DNA of 64,000 nt, from NCBI GenBank assembly GCA_026395435.1, contig JAPLYT010000003.1:4024-68023 (forward strand). The letters run 5' to 3'. This document shows, piece by piece, positions 36,158 to 44,867 of the stretch. The position numbers and the translations under genes are program-made. A model generated the notes under the pieces. It was not told the origin of the DNA, did no database searches, and saw only the letters and a list, made by a program, of their open reading frames with translations. Numbering within the stretch: position 1 is the first letter of the stretch; the number at the start of each line of letters is the position of its first letter. This stretch comes from Candidatus Saccharimonadota bacterium. Its GTDB lineage: Bacteria; Patescibacteriota; Saccharimonadia; Saccharimonadales; AWTP1-31.

Positions 36158-37336
36158 TCACGTGGTACGGCAGACGGGGCATTGTTCTTCTAGGTCGTCG
36201 AATTGGCGCCACGTTTGAATCGACTTACGTATACCCATAACATAGGCATAGCCAATGATATCCGCGGCCTTACGGAGGAGGTATGCCAAAAATCCACTGA
36301 GGACTAGTGGCCCATATTGCAGAACTGCCCAACTTCCGCCAGCTGGCACAACATATGCCGGTTGGCGGTGACGATAGATGTTTGGGGTGCGCCCATTTGC
36401 TTCTTTTAGAATTGTTTTCGCAGCATACTCAGCCTGATACACAGCTGTTTGAGCCATGCCACTATATTTTGTTTCCGCATTGTCGCCGATCACAAATACG
36501 TGCGGATCAACCCGTAAGAATGAGTCGACAATTATTTTATGGCGTTTACTGAATTCAAATTGATTTGCGTTATCTTGATAAAATCCATTATTCGCCATAC
36601 CGGCTGTCCAGATTACGGTGTGAGATGGGATGCTCTTTCCGCTCACTTGCAGTGATGCTTCAGATTCGGATTCGACCGTTTTGCCCGTCATCACTTTTAC
36701 GCCCAATTTTTTAAGCCGACGTTTCACGAGGCGAGATGCCCGAGGACTCATGTTTGGAAGAATACGCGGTGCAGCTTCAATGAGCTCCAGATGCACCGAC
36801 TTCTTTTTTATGTGATGGTTTTTGGCAAGCACTCGCAGATAACTTGCCAGACCAGCGGCAAGTTCTAAGCCGGTCGGTCCGCCACCAACCACGACGTAAT
36901 TTCGATCGAGTTCATGTTCAGCCACTAGTTCTTTGTGTAAATGTGTACGCAGTTTATCAAGTGAATGAATATCTTTAATACCATAAGACAACTCCGGGAG
37001 TCCCGGAATACCAAAGTAGGAAGTTGTTGCACCCATAGACAAGATCGCCGTATCGTACGGTACTTCCTGGCCATTTTTTAGATGTAATTTCCGTAACTTT
37101 CGGTCGATACGGGTGACTTTGGCGTGCATGAGGGTTACGTTGTTAGGGAGAATATCTGCCAGCGGGATTAGAGCTACTCGCCTACGATACCCCGTTGCCA
37201 CCCGATACAAAGCTGCAGAATATCGATACGTTTCCAGGTCACTAATGAGCGTTACGCTGATTCCAGGTTTACCGGACAATTTTCGGGCAGCTACAACCCC
37301 ACCGAATCCACCACCTACAATTACAATTTTTTTCAT
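36158..37336 (-). CDS. type II NADH dehydrogenase (NDH-2) / FAD-dependent pyridine nucleotide-disulfide oxidoreductase
   Basis: Two dinucleotide-binding motifs: KIVIVGGGFGGVVAARKL and YVVVGGGPTGLELAAGL. Confidence 0.85.
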   Translation of the reverse strand: MKKIVIVGGGFGGVVAARKLSGKPGISVTLISDLETYRYSAALYRVATGYRRRVALIPLADILPNNVTLMHAKVTRIDRKLRKLHLKNGQEVPYDTAILSMGATTSYFGIPGLPELSYGIKDIHSLDKLRTHLHKELVAEHELDRNYVVVGGGPTGLELAAGLASYLRVLAKNHHIKKKSVHLELIEAAPRILPNMSPRASRLVKRRLKKLGVKVMTGKTVESESEASLQVSGKSIPSHTVIWTAGMANNGFYQDNANQFEFSKRHKIIVDSFLRVDPHVFVIGDNAETKYSGMAQTAVYQAEYAAKTILKEANGRTPNIYRHRQPAYVVPAGGSWAVLQYGPLVLSGFLAYLLRKAADIIGYAYVMGIRKSIQTWRQFDDLEEQCPVCRTT

Positions 37337-37489
37337 GATTCAAACATCGCTCTATTAGATAGTGTTAGATTAAGCATAAATGGAAATACTAAAAAACGAA
37401 ATTAAAAAGTTCTGTATAGACAAGAAAGATGACTCCTTGGCAACGATGGCTGCATGTAAAAGTGAATCAGAGAACTGCAAAAACAGAAG

Positions 37490-38206
37490 CTAAGCCGCAA
37501 TAAACTTCTGAAGTTGGAGCGCACTGGGTGCTGCAATTTTGCCTACTGTTCGAACTAATTCTTCAGTTGGGAGTTCGGGATCAATCAGCCAAAATTCTGA
37601 TGGAATCTTACGAATACGTTCTCGATATGTGTCGAGGGCTTCCATGCGTCGATCTAAATCTGCAAAGTAATCTGGATCTTGCTCATACGGATAGGTTTCT
37701 TCGCAAAAAAGTTGCGCCCCACTTGTACACATTTTGGCGAGATTATTGCGACGACGACTATTAATCTTATCGTTACGAACGCAGGTATATAAATCCCGGG
37801 CCGTAAACCAAACCTGACTACGATGATGTATCGATTCATCACTTGGTATCACGGGAGGTATGGTTATTCGATGCAGCCAATTGTGAAACACGATGGGCAT
37901 TCGCACCATGTTCACGTTATGGTTTCTGAATTTTATGACCGTATCGGACTTCCGTTTCTTGAATCCATGAGGATAATCAGCCCCGGGATGATACAAGTGA
38001 TGATCGTTGAACGCTTTTGGCTGTTCGCATTCTTTGGGCCATACATATGCCGGGTCGATAGTTGCCTTAACATCAAGTATCAACTGATGCACATCCACGA
38101 GCCCAACACTATCTAAAGGTGTTGGTATCTGATCTCTTTTGTCGATGAGTCTAAATTCTTCAGGCGGCAGACCACTAAACATTCGGTGGTATTCTGCCTT
38201 GCCCAT
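37490..38206 (-). CDS. hypothetical protein with a possible Cys-less HNH-like motif
   Basis: DHHLYHP .. FRNHNVNMVRMPIVFHNWLH resembles the HH..N..N..H..H spacing of HNH/His-Me finger nucleases. Tentative. Confidence 0.4.
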   Translation of the reverse strand: MGKAEYHRMFSGLPPEEFRLIDKRDQIPTPLDSVGLVDVHQLILDVKATIDPAYVWPKECEQPKAFNDHHLYHPGADYPHGFKKRKSDTVIKFRNHNVNMVRMPIVFHNWLHRITIPPVIPSDESIHHRSQVWFTARDLYTCVRNDKINSRRRNNLAKMCTSGAQLFCEETYPYEQDPDYFADLDRRMEALDTYRERIRKIPSEFWLIDPELPTEELVRTVGKIAAPSALQLQKFIAA

Positions 38207-38283
38207 ATGTTAGGCGCTGGCTTTCTGAGTAGTCATCTCATGCATTAGTACTATTTAATCATAGATTGTGCAGGCGCGCTAGA

Positions 38284-39471
38284 TTATCGTTCGTATGTTT
38301 TGGCTCCACTAGTGAAGGTAGTTGCTTGAGCTTTTGTTTTGCCAGGGAAGGCTTCCATCTTCATCTTATTTCCGTCAAGCACTTGGAACAATACCGTGCC
38401 TATGACCTGAGGTGTGCCCTGTTGTCGCATCTGCTGTTCCATCATCATGCCTGGATTCGAATATTCCACATATTCGTATGCAACGACACCACTGGATTTG
38501 TCGATAGTTGCCGGGTCTAAAGATCCATCAACAGCGGTAAATTGTGTAGCCTTGCCTTGATAGTCTCCAAACGAAATGTCTGTCTTGGTTGGATTGATTG
38601 CGTCGGGTGCGATCGAGAAGTGTCCGCTCCAGTAGCCACTGCCATCGCTGTGCGCCACTTTATTATCTTCAGGTTTACCTGCACCAGCATAGCCATTAGT
38701 GCCTTCGAGGAACCAGTTGCCCACCAATTTTCCTTCGATGTCATAGTCGATCTTACCACCTCTTGGTTCGGCAGTACGTGGATTCTTTGCAAGTATTTCG
38801 CTCTTGATTGGATCATTAAAATACGTAAAGAAGTCATCGGTATGTATTTTCCAGGTTTCATTCTTGTATGAATCAGGCTTAACAAAACCTTTGAGCTTCA
38901 TACTATAGTTATACACGGCAGTATCGAGCGACTGGGCCCCAACGCGTCCAAGCACTTGCCCTGCTTTGACGGGTACACGGATTTCGCCTTGCTTCATCTT
39001 GCCTTTAATAGATGGATCAATACTTGTCATGAGATCAAAGTAACTTACAATATCGCAGTTGTGCTGAATCTCAATCCGATATTCGCCTTTTTTCTGAGTT
39101 CCTGTATCCACATTCTGAGTTCGTTCTTGGTAGCTGACGATGAATCCATCGGCCATAGCGTACACTGGCGCTGCATCCCGGTTTTTCATATCTTTTGGAT
39201 AAAAATACAAGTGGTCTATAGGGGTGACATGAGCCCCGGCAAGGGTGCCTACAGGCAGGACCGTTTGAACATCTTTCATATCCATAGGGGCATGACTAAA
39301 GGTAACAGGGCCGTTTCCTTTACAGCCTAAGAGCACGGTTGATCCACCAGCCTGTTCTTTACTTTTCGATTTATTCATAACCTTTAGTCCGATGAAGCCA
39401 ATTGCACCAACAACGAATACAACGATGATCAATCCAATTATATGAGAACCACTATCATTAAGTTTTTTCAT
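38284..39471 (-). CDS. membrane-anchored protein with a possible M23/LytM-like domain
   Basis: N-terminal TM helix IIGLIIVVFVVGAIGFIGL. PIDHLYF .. APVYAMADGFIVSY .. IEIQHNCDIVSYFDLM .. VKAGQVLGRVG resembles the M23 peptidase fold pattern. Tentative. Confidence 0.45.
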   Translation of the reverse strand: MKKLNDSGSHIIGLIIVVFVVGAIGFIGLKVMNKSKSKEQAGGSTVLLGCKGNGPVTFSHAPMDMKDVQTVLPVGTLAGAHVTPIDHLYFYPKDMKNRDAAPVYAMADGFIVSYQERTQNVDTGTQKKGEYRIEIQHNCDIVSYFDLMTSIDPSIKGKMKQGEIRVPVKAGQVLGRVGAQSLDTAVYNYSMKLKGFVKPDSYKNETWKIHTDDFFTYFNDPIKSEILAKNPRTAEPRGGKIDYDIEGKLVGNWFLEGTNGYAGAGKPEDNKVAHSDGSGYWSGHFSIAPDAINPTKTDISFGDYQGKATQFTAVDGSLDPATIDKSSGVVAYEYVEYSNPGMMMEQQMRQQGTPQVIGTVLFQVLDGNKMKMEAFPGKTKAQATTFTSGAKTYER

Positions 39472-39490
39472 TCCACCCCTCTTTTTTTAC

Positions 39491-39943
39491 TTAAATTAGT
39501 TGTCTTTCGACTTTGAGTACTGGCGTTCGGGCCTGCATATGGCTGAACAGGGCGGCTCGTTCGAAATCATTAAAAAGACCTCGAGACTCTGTAGAAGCTG
39601 GTCGAGTAGTGCGGGCAACAGGCTGTGGAAGGTTACGGTTTGTAGTGCGGGCGATAGGCTGCGCCACGCGGCGTGAAAGTGCAGGCTCTATGGTATGAGT
39701 AGCGATGAGTGGTTTCACTTGTTTAATGCCTTGAGTATGTAGATTGTGCTGAACTTGTTTTATTTCTGTCGATATAGTCTGTATTTGGTTATGGGCGTGA
39801 GTTTTTTGAACGGTAGTTTTGATAACAGGCATAGAATATTCACGATACCCAGAAGCGGCAGGTTGATCCTCGAAGAAGTTAAAGAAACTCGGTTCTCCGG
39901 GAAGGGTTTCATACGAAATAGCTAAATCTGTTAATACGCTCAT
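39491..39943 (-). CDS. hypothetical protein (150 aa)
   Basis: ORF only. Contains a short internal repeat QPIARTT / QPVARTT. Confidence 0.4.
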   Translation of the reverse strand: MSVLTDLAISYETLPGEPSFFNFFEDQPAASGYREYSMPVIKTTVQKTHAHNQIQTISTEIKQVQHNLHTQGIKQVKPLIATHTIEPALSRRVAQPIARTTNRNLPQPVARTTRPASTESRGLFNDFERAALFSHMQARTPVLKVERQLI

Positions 39944-40019
39944 TTTTGTTTGAATATTTATTTTTATATAACACTACTAGTGTATCACGCTTGTGCAACT
40001 AGTTTTCCACAGCCTATAT

Positions 40020-40682
40020 TTACGAGGCGGCCTCAGGAGCCGGACCAAAGGCAGTCTTGACATATTCAAGGCTCGCCATCGCCCCCAAAGCTGATGTAGC
40101 GGCGGCGGATATATCGGCGATAGACTCAACTATGCGCTGTTCTGATTGATCGGCTATTGGTCGGGTATCTAATGCCGCCTGAATGCAATAGCTGGTCAGT
40201 GTTTCCCATTGTCCAAATGTCGTTATCTTACCGGCCGCGGAAGGATGAATTTCAATACCACGCTTTTTTGCAACGAAAGAACTAATCGTATTACTAACGT
40301 TTTGGACAGCAAACGACAGGGCAACGTCTCGGGGAATGATGCCTGCCGAACTTAGTATCTGGATCCCCCGTGCTATCTCAATTTTATCGATCGTCGCATC
40401 GACTAGTTCACCGGTTCTACTTTTTGTGCCTGTCTTGTCGGCAATATATCCGTCAGCCAAATCACAGGCCCGACCACCGACCATTTTTAGACAACCACTA
40501 ACATATTTCTTGTGGGCAATGTCTCGCAGACCAGAGTCGGTGATGACGAGCCCAGCTACACTGACCAGATTTGCTAAGGTGAATAATCCCTTGCTCAGAT
40601 GGGCAGCTTTTTGATGTCCATTATGGTCTTCGCGTCGTATTTGCTTCCATTCGGCTTCAACGTCGGTGCGATGTAAATTCAT
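40020..40682 (-). CDS. CDP-alcohol phosphatidyltransferase family protein
   Basis: DLADGYIADKTGTKSRTGELVDATIDK fits D-x2-D-G-x2-A-[RD]-x8-G-x3-D-x3-D. Confidence 0.7.
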   Translation of the reverse strand: MNLHRTDVEAEWKQIRREDHNGHQKAAHLSKGLFTLANLVSVAGLVITDSGLRDIAHKKYVSGCLKMVGGRACDLADGYIADKTGTKSRTGELVDATIDKIEIARGIQILSSAGIIPRDVALSFAVQNVSNTISSFVAKKRGIEIHPSAAGKITTFGQWETLTSYCIQAALDTRPIADQSEQRIVESIADISAAATSALGAMASLEYVKTAFGPAPEAAS

Positions 40683-40733
40683 ATGCCTACTCTAAAGGCA
40701 TACCTCACCAACTGCAAGCGTATGCCTTATAAA

Positions 40734-40982
40734 CTATTGAATCCTGCCAGGACGGCGACGATAATTGGCCTCTTTTATATCAGGGCCATAAAACAAATTA
40801 CTGTTACTTACAAAATCTAAAACTTTAGAGCCAATTTTTCGTAATACATGCAGTGATGTAATGTCTGGCTGCTCTAAATCACGAAGCATTTGTTCTGCGC
40901 CAGCAACAATTTGTTGACCTTCTTCGCTCAAATCAACTGGTATGTTGTGCTCATACGGTGGGTCGTATTCGTAATTATCCAT
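40734..40982 (-). CDS. hypothetical small acidic protein
   Basis: Start trimmed to MDNYEYDPPYE (ATG 40982, 1 nt after the upstream stop). No motif recognised. Confidence 0.45.
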   Translation of the reverse strand: MDNYEYDPPYEHNIPVDLSEEGQQIVAGAEQMLRDLEQPDITSLHVLRKIGSKVLDFVSNSNLFYGPDIKEANYRRRPGRIQ

Positions 40983-40983
40983 A

Positions 40984-41922
40984 TTATTTCTCCGCACCTT
41001 GCTCTTTGACATGTTTCATACTCATGTTAGTTATATTGGAAAACGGAACATATATTTCTCGGCCTTCAACGAAACCATCGAATCCAATACAAAATAAGTT
41101 TAGTTCTGGGATATAACGAAATCCTTGAGCGCGTGTATCTTCCTCAATGTCTGTATAATACCCTTCTTCAACATGCTCAACTACTCGTCCATTGATATCA
41201 ACCGAAATAATTCTTTCTGTAGATAGAGCTATATCAAACTCATCTAACGGAAGAATAGTGTTGAGATACAGCAAATAGAATGCTGCGAGCATCGAATTTT
41301 GCGTATCAATATACGCTGGTATATCGCCCTGTTCTACAATGCCAGAATTTCCACTACCTTCAAATATTTGACGGAGACGATGGAAATCGACTGGATCAAC
41401 ATATACACAGGCATCTATTTCTTCGGCAATATGATCATCAGGCTCGGGACGAATGGTGTCGATAAATTCTAATTCTTCATCAGGCACCATCACTCTGACA
41501 GTATCAAGCGGCCCAAAAGCATATTGTTCAGTTCGAGTTCGCTCCACAATGGTTTGTCGGGTTATTACGGTGTCGAGCAGTACTGAAACTCCAATAACCC
41601 ACCGCTCTAATGTAACTTCTTCACACGATTCATCATGTTTTACGACAAATACACCATTATTCGATCCAAAGACACTATCTTTTGTGGTCTGTATACCGAC
41701 CACCATATTATCTTTGCCAAGCAAAGGTATATTAACTCCTCCTTGAATAGAAATTCTTCTGCCCTCTATTACTCCTTCAAGTAATGGATCAAGGTCAGCA
41801 TATATTTGCTGCAAATCCTCATCTGCAATATCAGGAAACATGTTCAATCGATCTTGCACTTCAAGACCAATCTCACGGAATGCTTCGAAGTCCTCTTCAA
41901 TACTCATTGCACTATTATACAA
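40984..41922 (-). CDS. hypothetical acidic cytoplasmic protein (312 aa)
   Basis: Long ORF. No TM helix, signal peptide or recognisable motif. Confidence 0.5.
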   Translation of the reverse strand: MYNSAMSIEEDFEAFREIGLEVQDRLNMFPDIADEDLQQIYADLDPLLEGVIEGRRISIQGGVNIPLLGKDNMVVGIQTTKDSVFGSNNGVFVVKHDESCEEVTLERWVIGVSVLLDTVITRQTIVERTRTEQYAFGPLDTVRVMVPDEELEFIDTIRPEPDDHIAEEIDACVYVDPVDFHRLRQIFEGSGNSGIVEQGDIPAYIDTQNSMLAAFYLLYLNTILPLDEFDIALSTERIISVDINGRVVEHVEEGYYTDIEEDTRAQGFRYIPELNLFCIGFDGFVEGREIYVPFSNITNMSMKHVKEQGAEK

Positions 41923-41932
41923 TATTTTTGAT

Positions 41933-42391
41933 TTATATGGAAGTAGTCGTTATTTCCGACACAGCTAATACGGGCACATGCAGTAGTTCTGAGTCTTCTG
42001 TATGCTCAAAAGATGGTAGCAATAATGCTGTTGTGAACGTTAGGCAAATTGCCCGAACAGCATTACCACCAATAATTCTGCCGATATGGACCTTGGAATA
42101 ACAACGAAATTGAGCCTCAAATTGTAAACCAAAAATACTCGTATAGGTGACCAATTCGGTAGCTTCAAAAGAGCCTGGAACAATAAAACCGCGATATGAC
42201 TCTACGAAGTAGGTTTGATCAATAAAACCTAGATCAGATGCCGCGCTATCAAGTTCAGCAAGCGTTTGAAGATCGTTTGCCATTACATCAAAACTCAGTG
42301 AAGGCTCGAGCTCTGCCCTTTTGGAGGCCAATTCAACAGGATTTATGGGTAGCTCAAGAAGACTCATAATGCCCCGTATAGTACCCCTCAA
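41933..42391 (-). CDS. hypothetical protein (152 aa)
   Basis: ORF only. The start could be MSLLELP (42367). Confidence 0.45.
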   Translation of the reverse strand: MRGTIRGIMSLLELPINPVELASKRAELEPSLSFDVMANDLQTLAELDSAASDLGFIDQTYFVESYRGFIVPGSFEATELVTYTSIFGLQFEAQFRCYSKVHIGRIIGGNAVRAICLTFTTALLLPSFEHTEDSELLHVPVLAVSEITTTSI

Positions 42392-42420
42392 ATAATTTCA
42401 TGGCAAGAATATTGTGTGAT

Positions 42421-42840
42421 CTACTGCATTATTTCAGAAACCGGAATAGATTGGAGTATATTGCCTGCCGTAACCGCAGTATTGATGAGCTCAAGGGATG
42501 TCATGCCTAGTGCATGGGCGGAGTCTGCATATTCTGCAGGAATTACGCACGATATTTGATGGCGGCGGTAGACAAAGCGCAATGATGCACAGACGATATA
42601 GGCCTCGGTAGGCGCCAAAAAGAGACTGGTACTTTGATCAGTTTCTTGGATAACATCATCAATCATGTCAGCTACCGACAAGGGGATAAGCTGATCGTAG
42701 GATGATGTGTTCTGCCTCGTTTCCAGTGAGCCGGCGTCAAACCAAATCGGCACGCATGCACGCACCGCTAGACGCTCATCCAATGAATCGGATCTAAGAG
42801 CATCGATATTACCAGTTGCTCGATTTCTAATAACTTCCAT
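42421..42840 (-). CDS. hypothetical protein (139 aa)
   Basis: ORF only, 6 nt downstream of aspS. Confidence 0.45.
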   Translation of the reverse strand: MEVIRNRATGNIDALRSDSLDERLAVRACVPIWFDAGSLETRQNTSSYDQLIPLSVADMIDDVIQETDQSTSLFLAPTEAYIVCASLRFVYRRHQISCVIPAEYADSAHALGMTSLELINTAVTAGNILQSIPVSEIMQ

Positions 42841-42846
42841 GTGCTT

Positions 42847-43896
42847 CTAGGGGCCGAGGCGGTTGATGTCGCGTGGGAAGAGGGTAGCCTCTTTGATGTT
42901 GTTAAGCTTGAAAAGCTTCTCAACTAAACGTTCTAGCCCCAATCCAAACCCACCGTGTGGTGGCATACCGTATTTAAAGGCGCTGACGTATGGCGCGAAT
43001 CCAGGATGAGTCGGGTCGATGCCCCGCTCTTCCATCTGCGTGAGAAGCTGGGCATAGTCGTTTTGTCGCATACTCAAGGTGGCAATTTCTACACCGCGGT
43101 ACAATAGGTCGGCACGAAGTGCTAGGTTTTCATCCTGCTCATCTGATTTGTGATAGAACTTGAAGGTTTTACTCTTGGCGCTCCAGCCAGTCACAAATAC
43201 GGCGTCGGTGCCCTTGTTTTTCTTAGCCCATTCACAAATCCATTTCTCCTCAGAAGGTGCGAGATCATCTTCGCCGACGTGATCTTCTTTGGTGGCTTTT
43301 AGGAACATCTCGTGAATTTCATCGATGGTAATGCGAGGGATGTCTTCTGCTCGGTCTGGGAGTTCAGTCTTGACGACGTTCCACATTTTGAAAGCATACT
43401 CATGAGTGTTCCAGGTGCTTTCTACGACATGCTTGAGTAAACCACCGGTGAAGTTGAGGAGGTCATCGAAGTTGATGAAGCCCATTTCACAGTCGATGGA
43501 AGTATATTCGGTCATATGCCGAGTGGTTGCACTTGGTTCAGCACGGTATACGGGCGCGATTTCATAAACACGCTCGAACACGCCAACCATTATTTGCTTG
43601 TAAAACTGTGGGCTTTGAGCGAGTGTAGCTTCTTTGCCAAAATAGTCGAGCTTGAAGACTTCGGTGCCTCCTTCGGTCGCTTCAGCAAGGAGTTTTGGTG
43701 TCCGCATTTCAGTGAATTCATTTTCATCAAAGTAGGTTCGAACGGCAGAGCCAACAGCAGCCTGAACTTTAAAGATTGCTTGTTCTTGGAGGTTACGAAG
43801 ACCAATAACTCGGTTATCGAGTAAGGTGTCGAGGTGTTCGCTTTTATGGCTCAGTGGTTTGTCAATCTCAACGGGTGGCTCGTCGGTGACGGGCAC
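42847..43896 (-). CDS. aspS: aspartate--tRNA ligase, archaeal/type-2 form: intact catalytic core, 5' anticodon-binding region disrupted
   Basis: Class IIb motifs FTEMRTPKL, YRAEPSATTRHMTEY and GMPPHGGFGLGLERL. The same frame stays open upstream (AAEVEKLRGLQIGTILSISGEVIEDERAPGGAEIH) as far as a TAG at 44023-44025. The expected N-terminus MRTLAKDIAGSIGGQATVQGWLHKKRLLGG starts at ATG 44107 in a different frame. Confidence 0.7.
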   Translation of the reverse strand: MPVTDEPPVEIDKPLSHKSEHLDTLLDNRVIGLRNLQEQAIFKVQAAVGSAVRTYFDENEFTEMRTPKLLAEATEGGTEVFKLDYFGKEATLAQSPQFYKQIMVGVFERVYEIAPVYRAEPSATTRHMTEYTSIDCEMGFINFDDLLNFTGGLLKHVVESTWNTHEYAFKMWNVVKTELPDRAEDIPRITIDEIHEMFLKATKEDHVGEDDLAPSEEKWICEWAKKNKGTDAVFVTGWSAKSKTFKFYHKSDEQDENLALRADLLYRGVEIATLSMRQNDYAQLLTQMEERGIDPTHPGFAPYVSAFKYGMPPHGGFGLGLERLVEKLFKLNNIKEATLFPRDINRLGP

Positions 43897-44247
43897 TTGT
43901 ACGGTGATTTCTGGATCGTGAATTTCAGCACCACCAGGTGCACGCTCATCTTCGATGACTTCTCCTGAAATAGAAAGAATGGTACCGATTTGAAGTCCAC
44001 GAAGTTTTTCGACTTCGGCCGCCTAATAGTCGTTTTTTATGGAGCCAGCCCTGTACCGTAGCCTGGCCGCCGATTGATCCGGCGATGTCTTTTGCAAGTG
44101 TTCTCATGATGGTTCCTTTGTGGGATAAGTTGATTTGTTTTCAGGTTGGAATAGGGTCGATAACTCAAGCAAAACGCACCGTAGACGTCTTACTGACGAC
44201 CCGGAGATTATTATCTTGCGTGATTACCACTGTTAACATGACGCTAA

Positions 44248-44867
44248 TTATACCATATTACCGTTGGACTGCGTTGCGATCCAATCAAAAGCTTTGGCGA
44301 GCGCCTTCTCGCGGTGAGTTCGAAATCCTCCCCTGTCTTCAATCGAGGTGCCATGAATTTCATAGATCATCTTGTCTATTTCCGGTAAATACATCAACGA
44401 TCGGAAAGGAAAACCCTCACACGGAAGTATTTCACTGGATGCCCAGGTATCTTGACGGTGACAACTGATATGAACTGAGCATCCCGTTCACCCCCTTTTT
44501 TGCCGTCCAATTGTTCCAAACAGTGATCAATTATTTCTTGATCGGTCATCGGGTAGCCCTTCCAACGCCTGGAGTGGACTCCGGGAGCGTTGCCGAGCAC
44601 GGGGATTTCAATACCACCATCATCGGCAATGATAATAAGATCTGGTTCCATCAGCTGATCGGCGTACGCCATGACCTTAAGGAGTGAGTTTTCCTCGTAC
44701 GTGTCACCGGTCTCGTCAACGTCAAGCTCAAGGCCAATGTCCTTGACTGAAACTAGGTTAACGCCAGCCGATTTAGCAAAGATTGAAGCCTCCGTTAGCT
44801 TACCCGGGTTGCTGGTAGCAAAGAGAATTTTAGTTTTTGGTTTGGTCTGATTCTTCTTTTGTGTCAT
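44248..44867 (-). pseudogene. rdgB: RdgB/HAM1 non-canonical purine NTP pyrophosphatase with an apparent frameshift near 44400-44460
   Basis: ATG 44867 gives MTQKKNQTKPKTKILFATSNPGKL..IADDGGIEIPVLGNAPGVHSRRW..ERDAQFISVV, and the frame stops at 44394. The family's C-terminus (EGFPFRSLMYLPEIDKMIYEI..GGFRTHREKALAKAF) is read in the frame offset by 2 nt (equivalent to -1), ending at 44248. Confidence 0.6.

Noticed and set aside
37381-37494. 37-codon plus-strand ORF (MEILKNEIKKFCIDKKDDSLATMAACKSESENCKNRS) in the NDH-2 upstream spacer.
   Set aside because: No ribosome-binding site or -10/ATG arrangement. It overlaps the stop of 37490..38206, so there is insufficient support.
39590-39670. Near-duplicate 18-nt segments (GTAGTGCGGGC[AG]A[CT]AGGCTG) about 39 nt apart.
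   Set aside because: They encode the short QP[IV]ARTT peptide repeat inside 39491..39943. This is too small to interpret as a separate element.
44020-44040. Programmed ribosomal frameshift at the CATAAAAAACGA A-run in aspS.
   Set aside because: The catalytic frame is +1 relative to the N-terminal frame and has a TAG immediately after the A-run. About 25 OB-fold residues are missing whichever way it is read. A deletion explains the data better than recoding.
44300-44335. tRNA-like T-loop string GGTGAGTTCGAAATCCTC.
   Set aside because: No acceptor, D or anticodon arms can be drawn. On the minus strand it encodes the GGFRTHRE motif of rdgB.
44085-44468. 127-aa plus-strand ORF.
   Set aside because: It spans the aspS start, the aspS-rdgB spacer and the rdgB 3' region, antisense to recognisable coding sequence. 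No motifs or ribosome-binding site.
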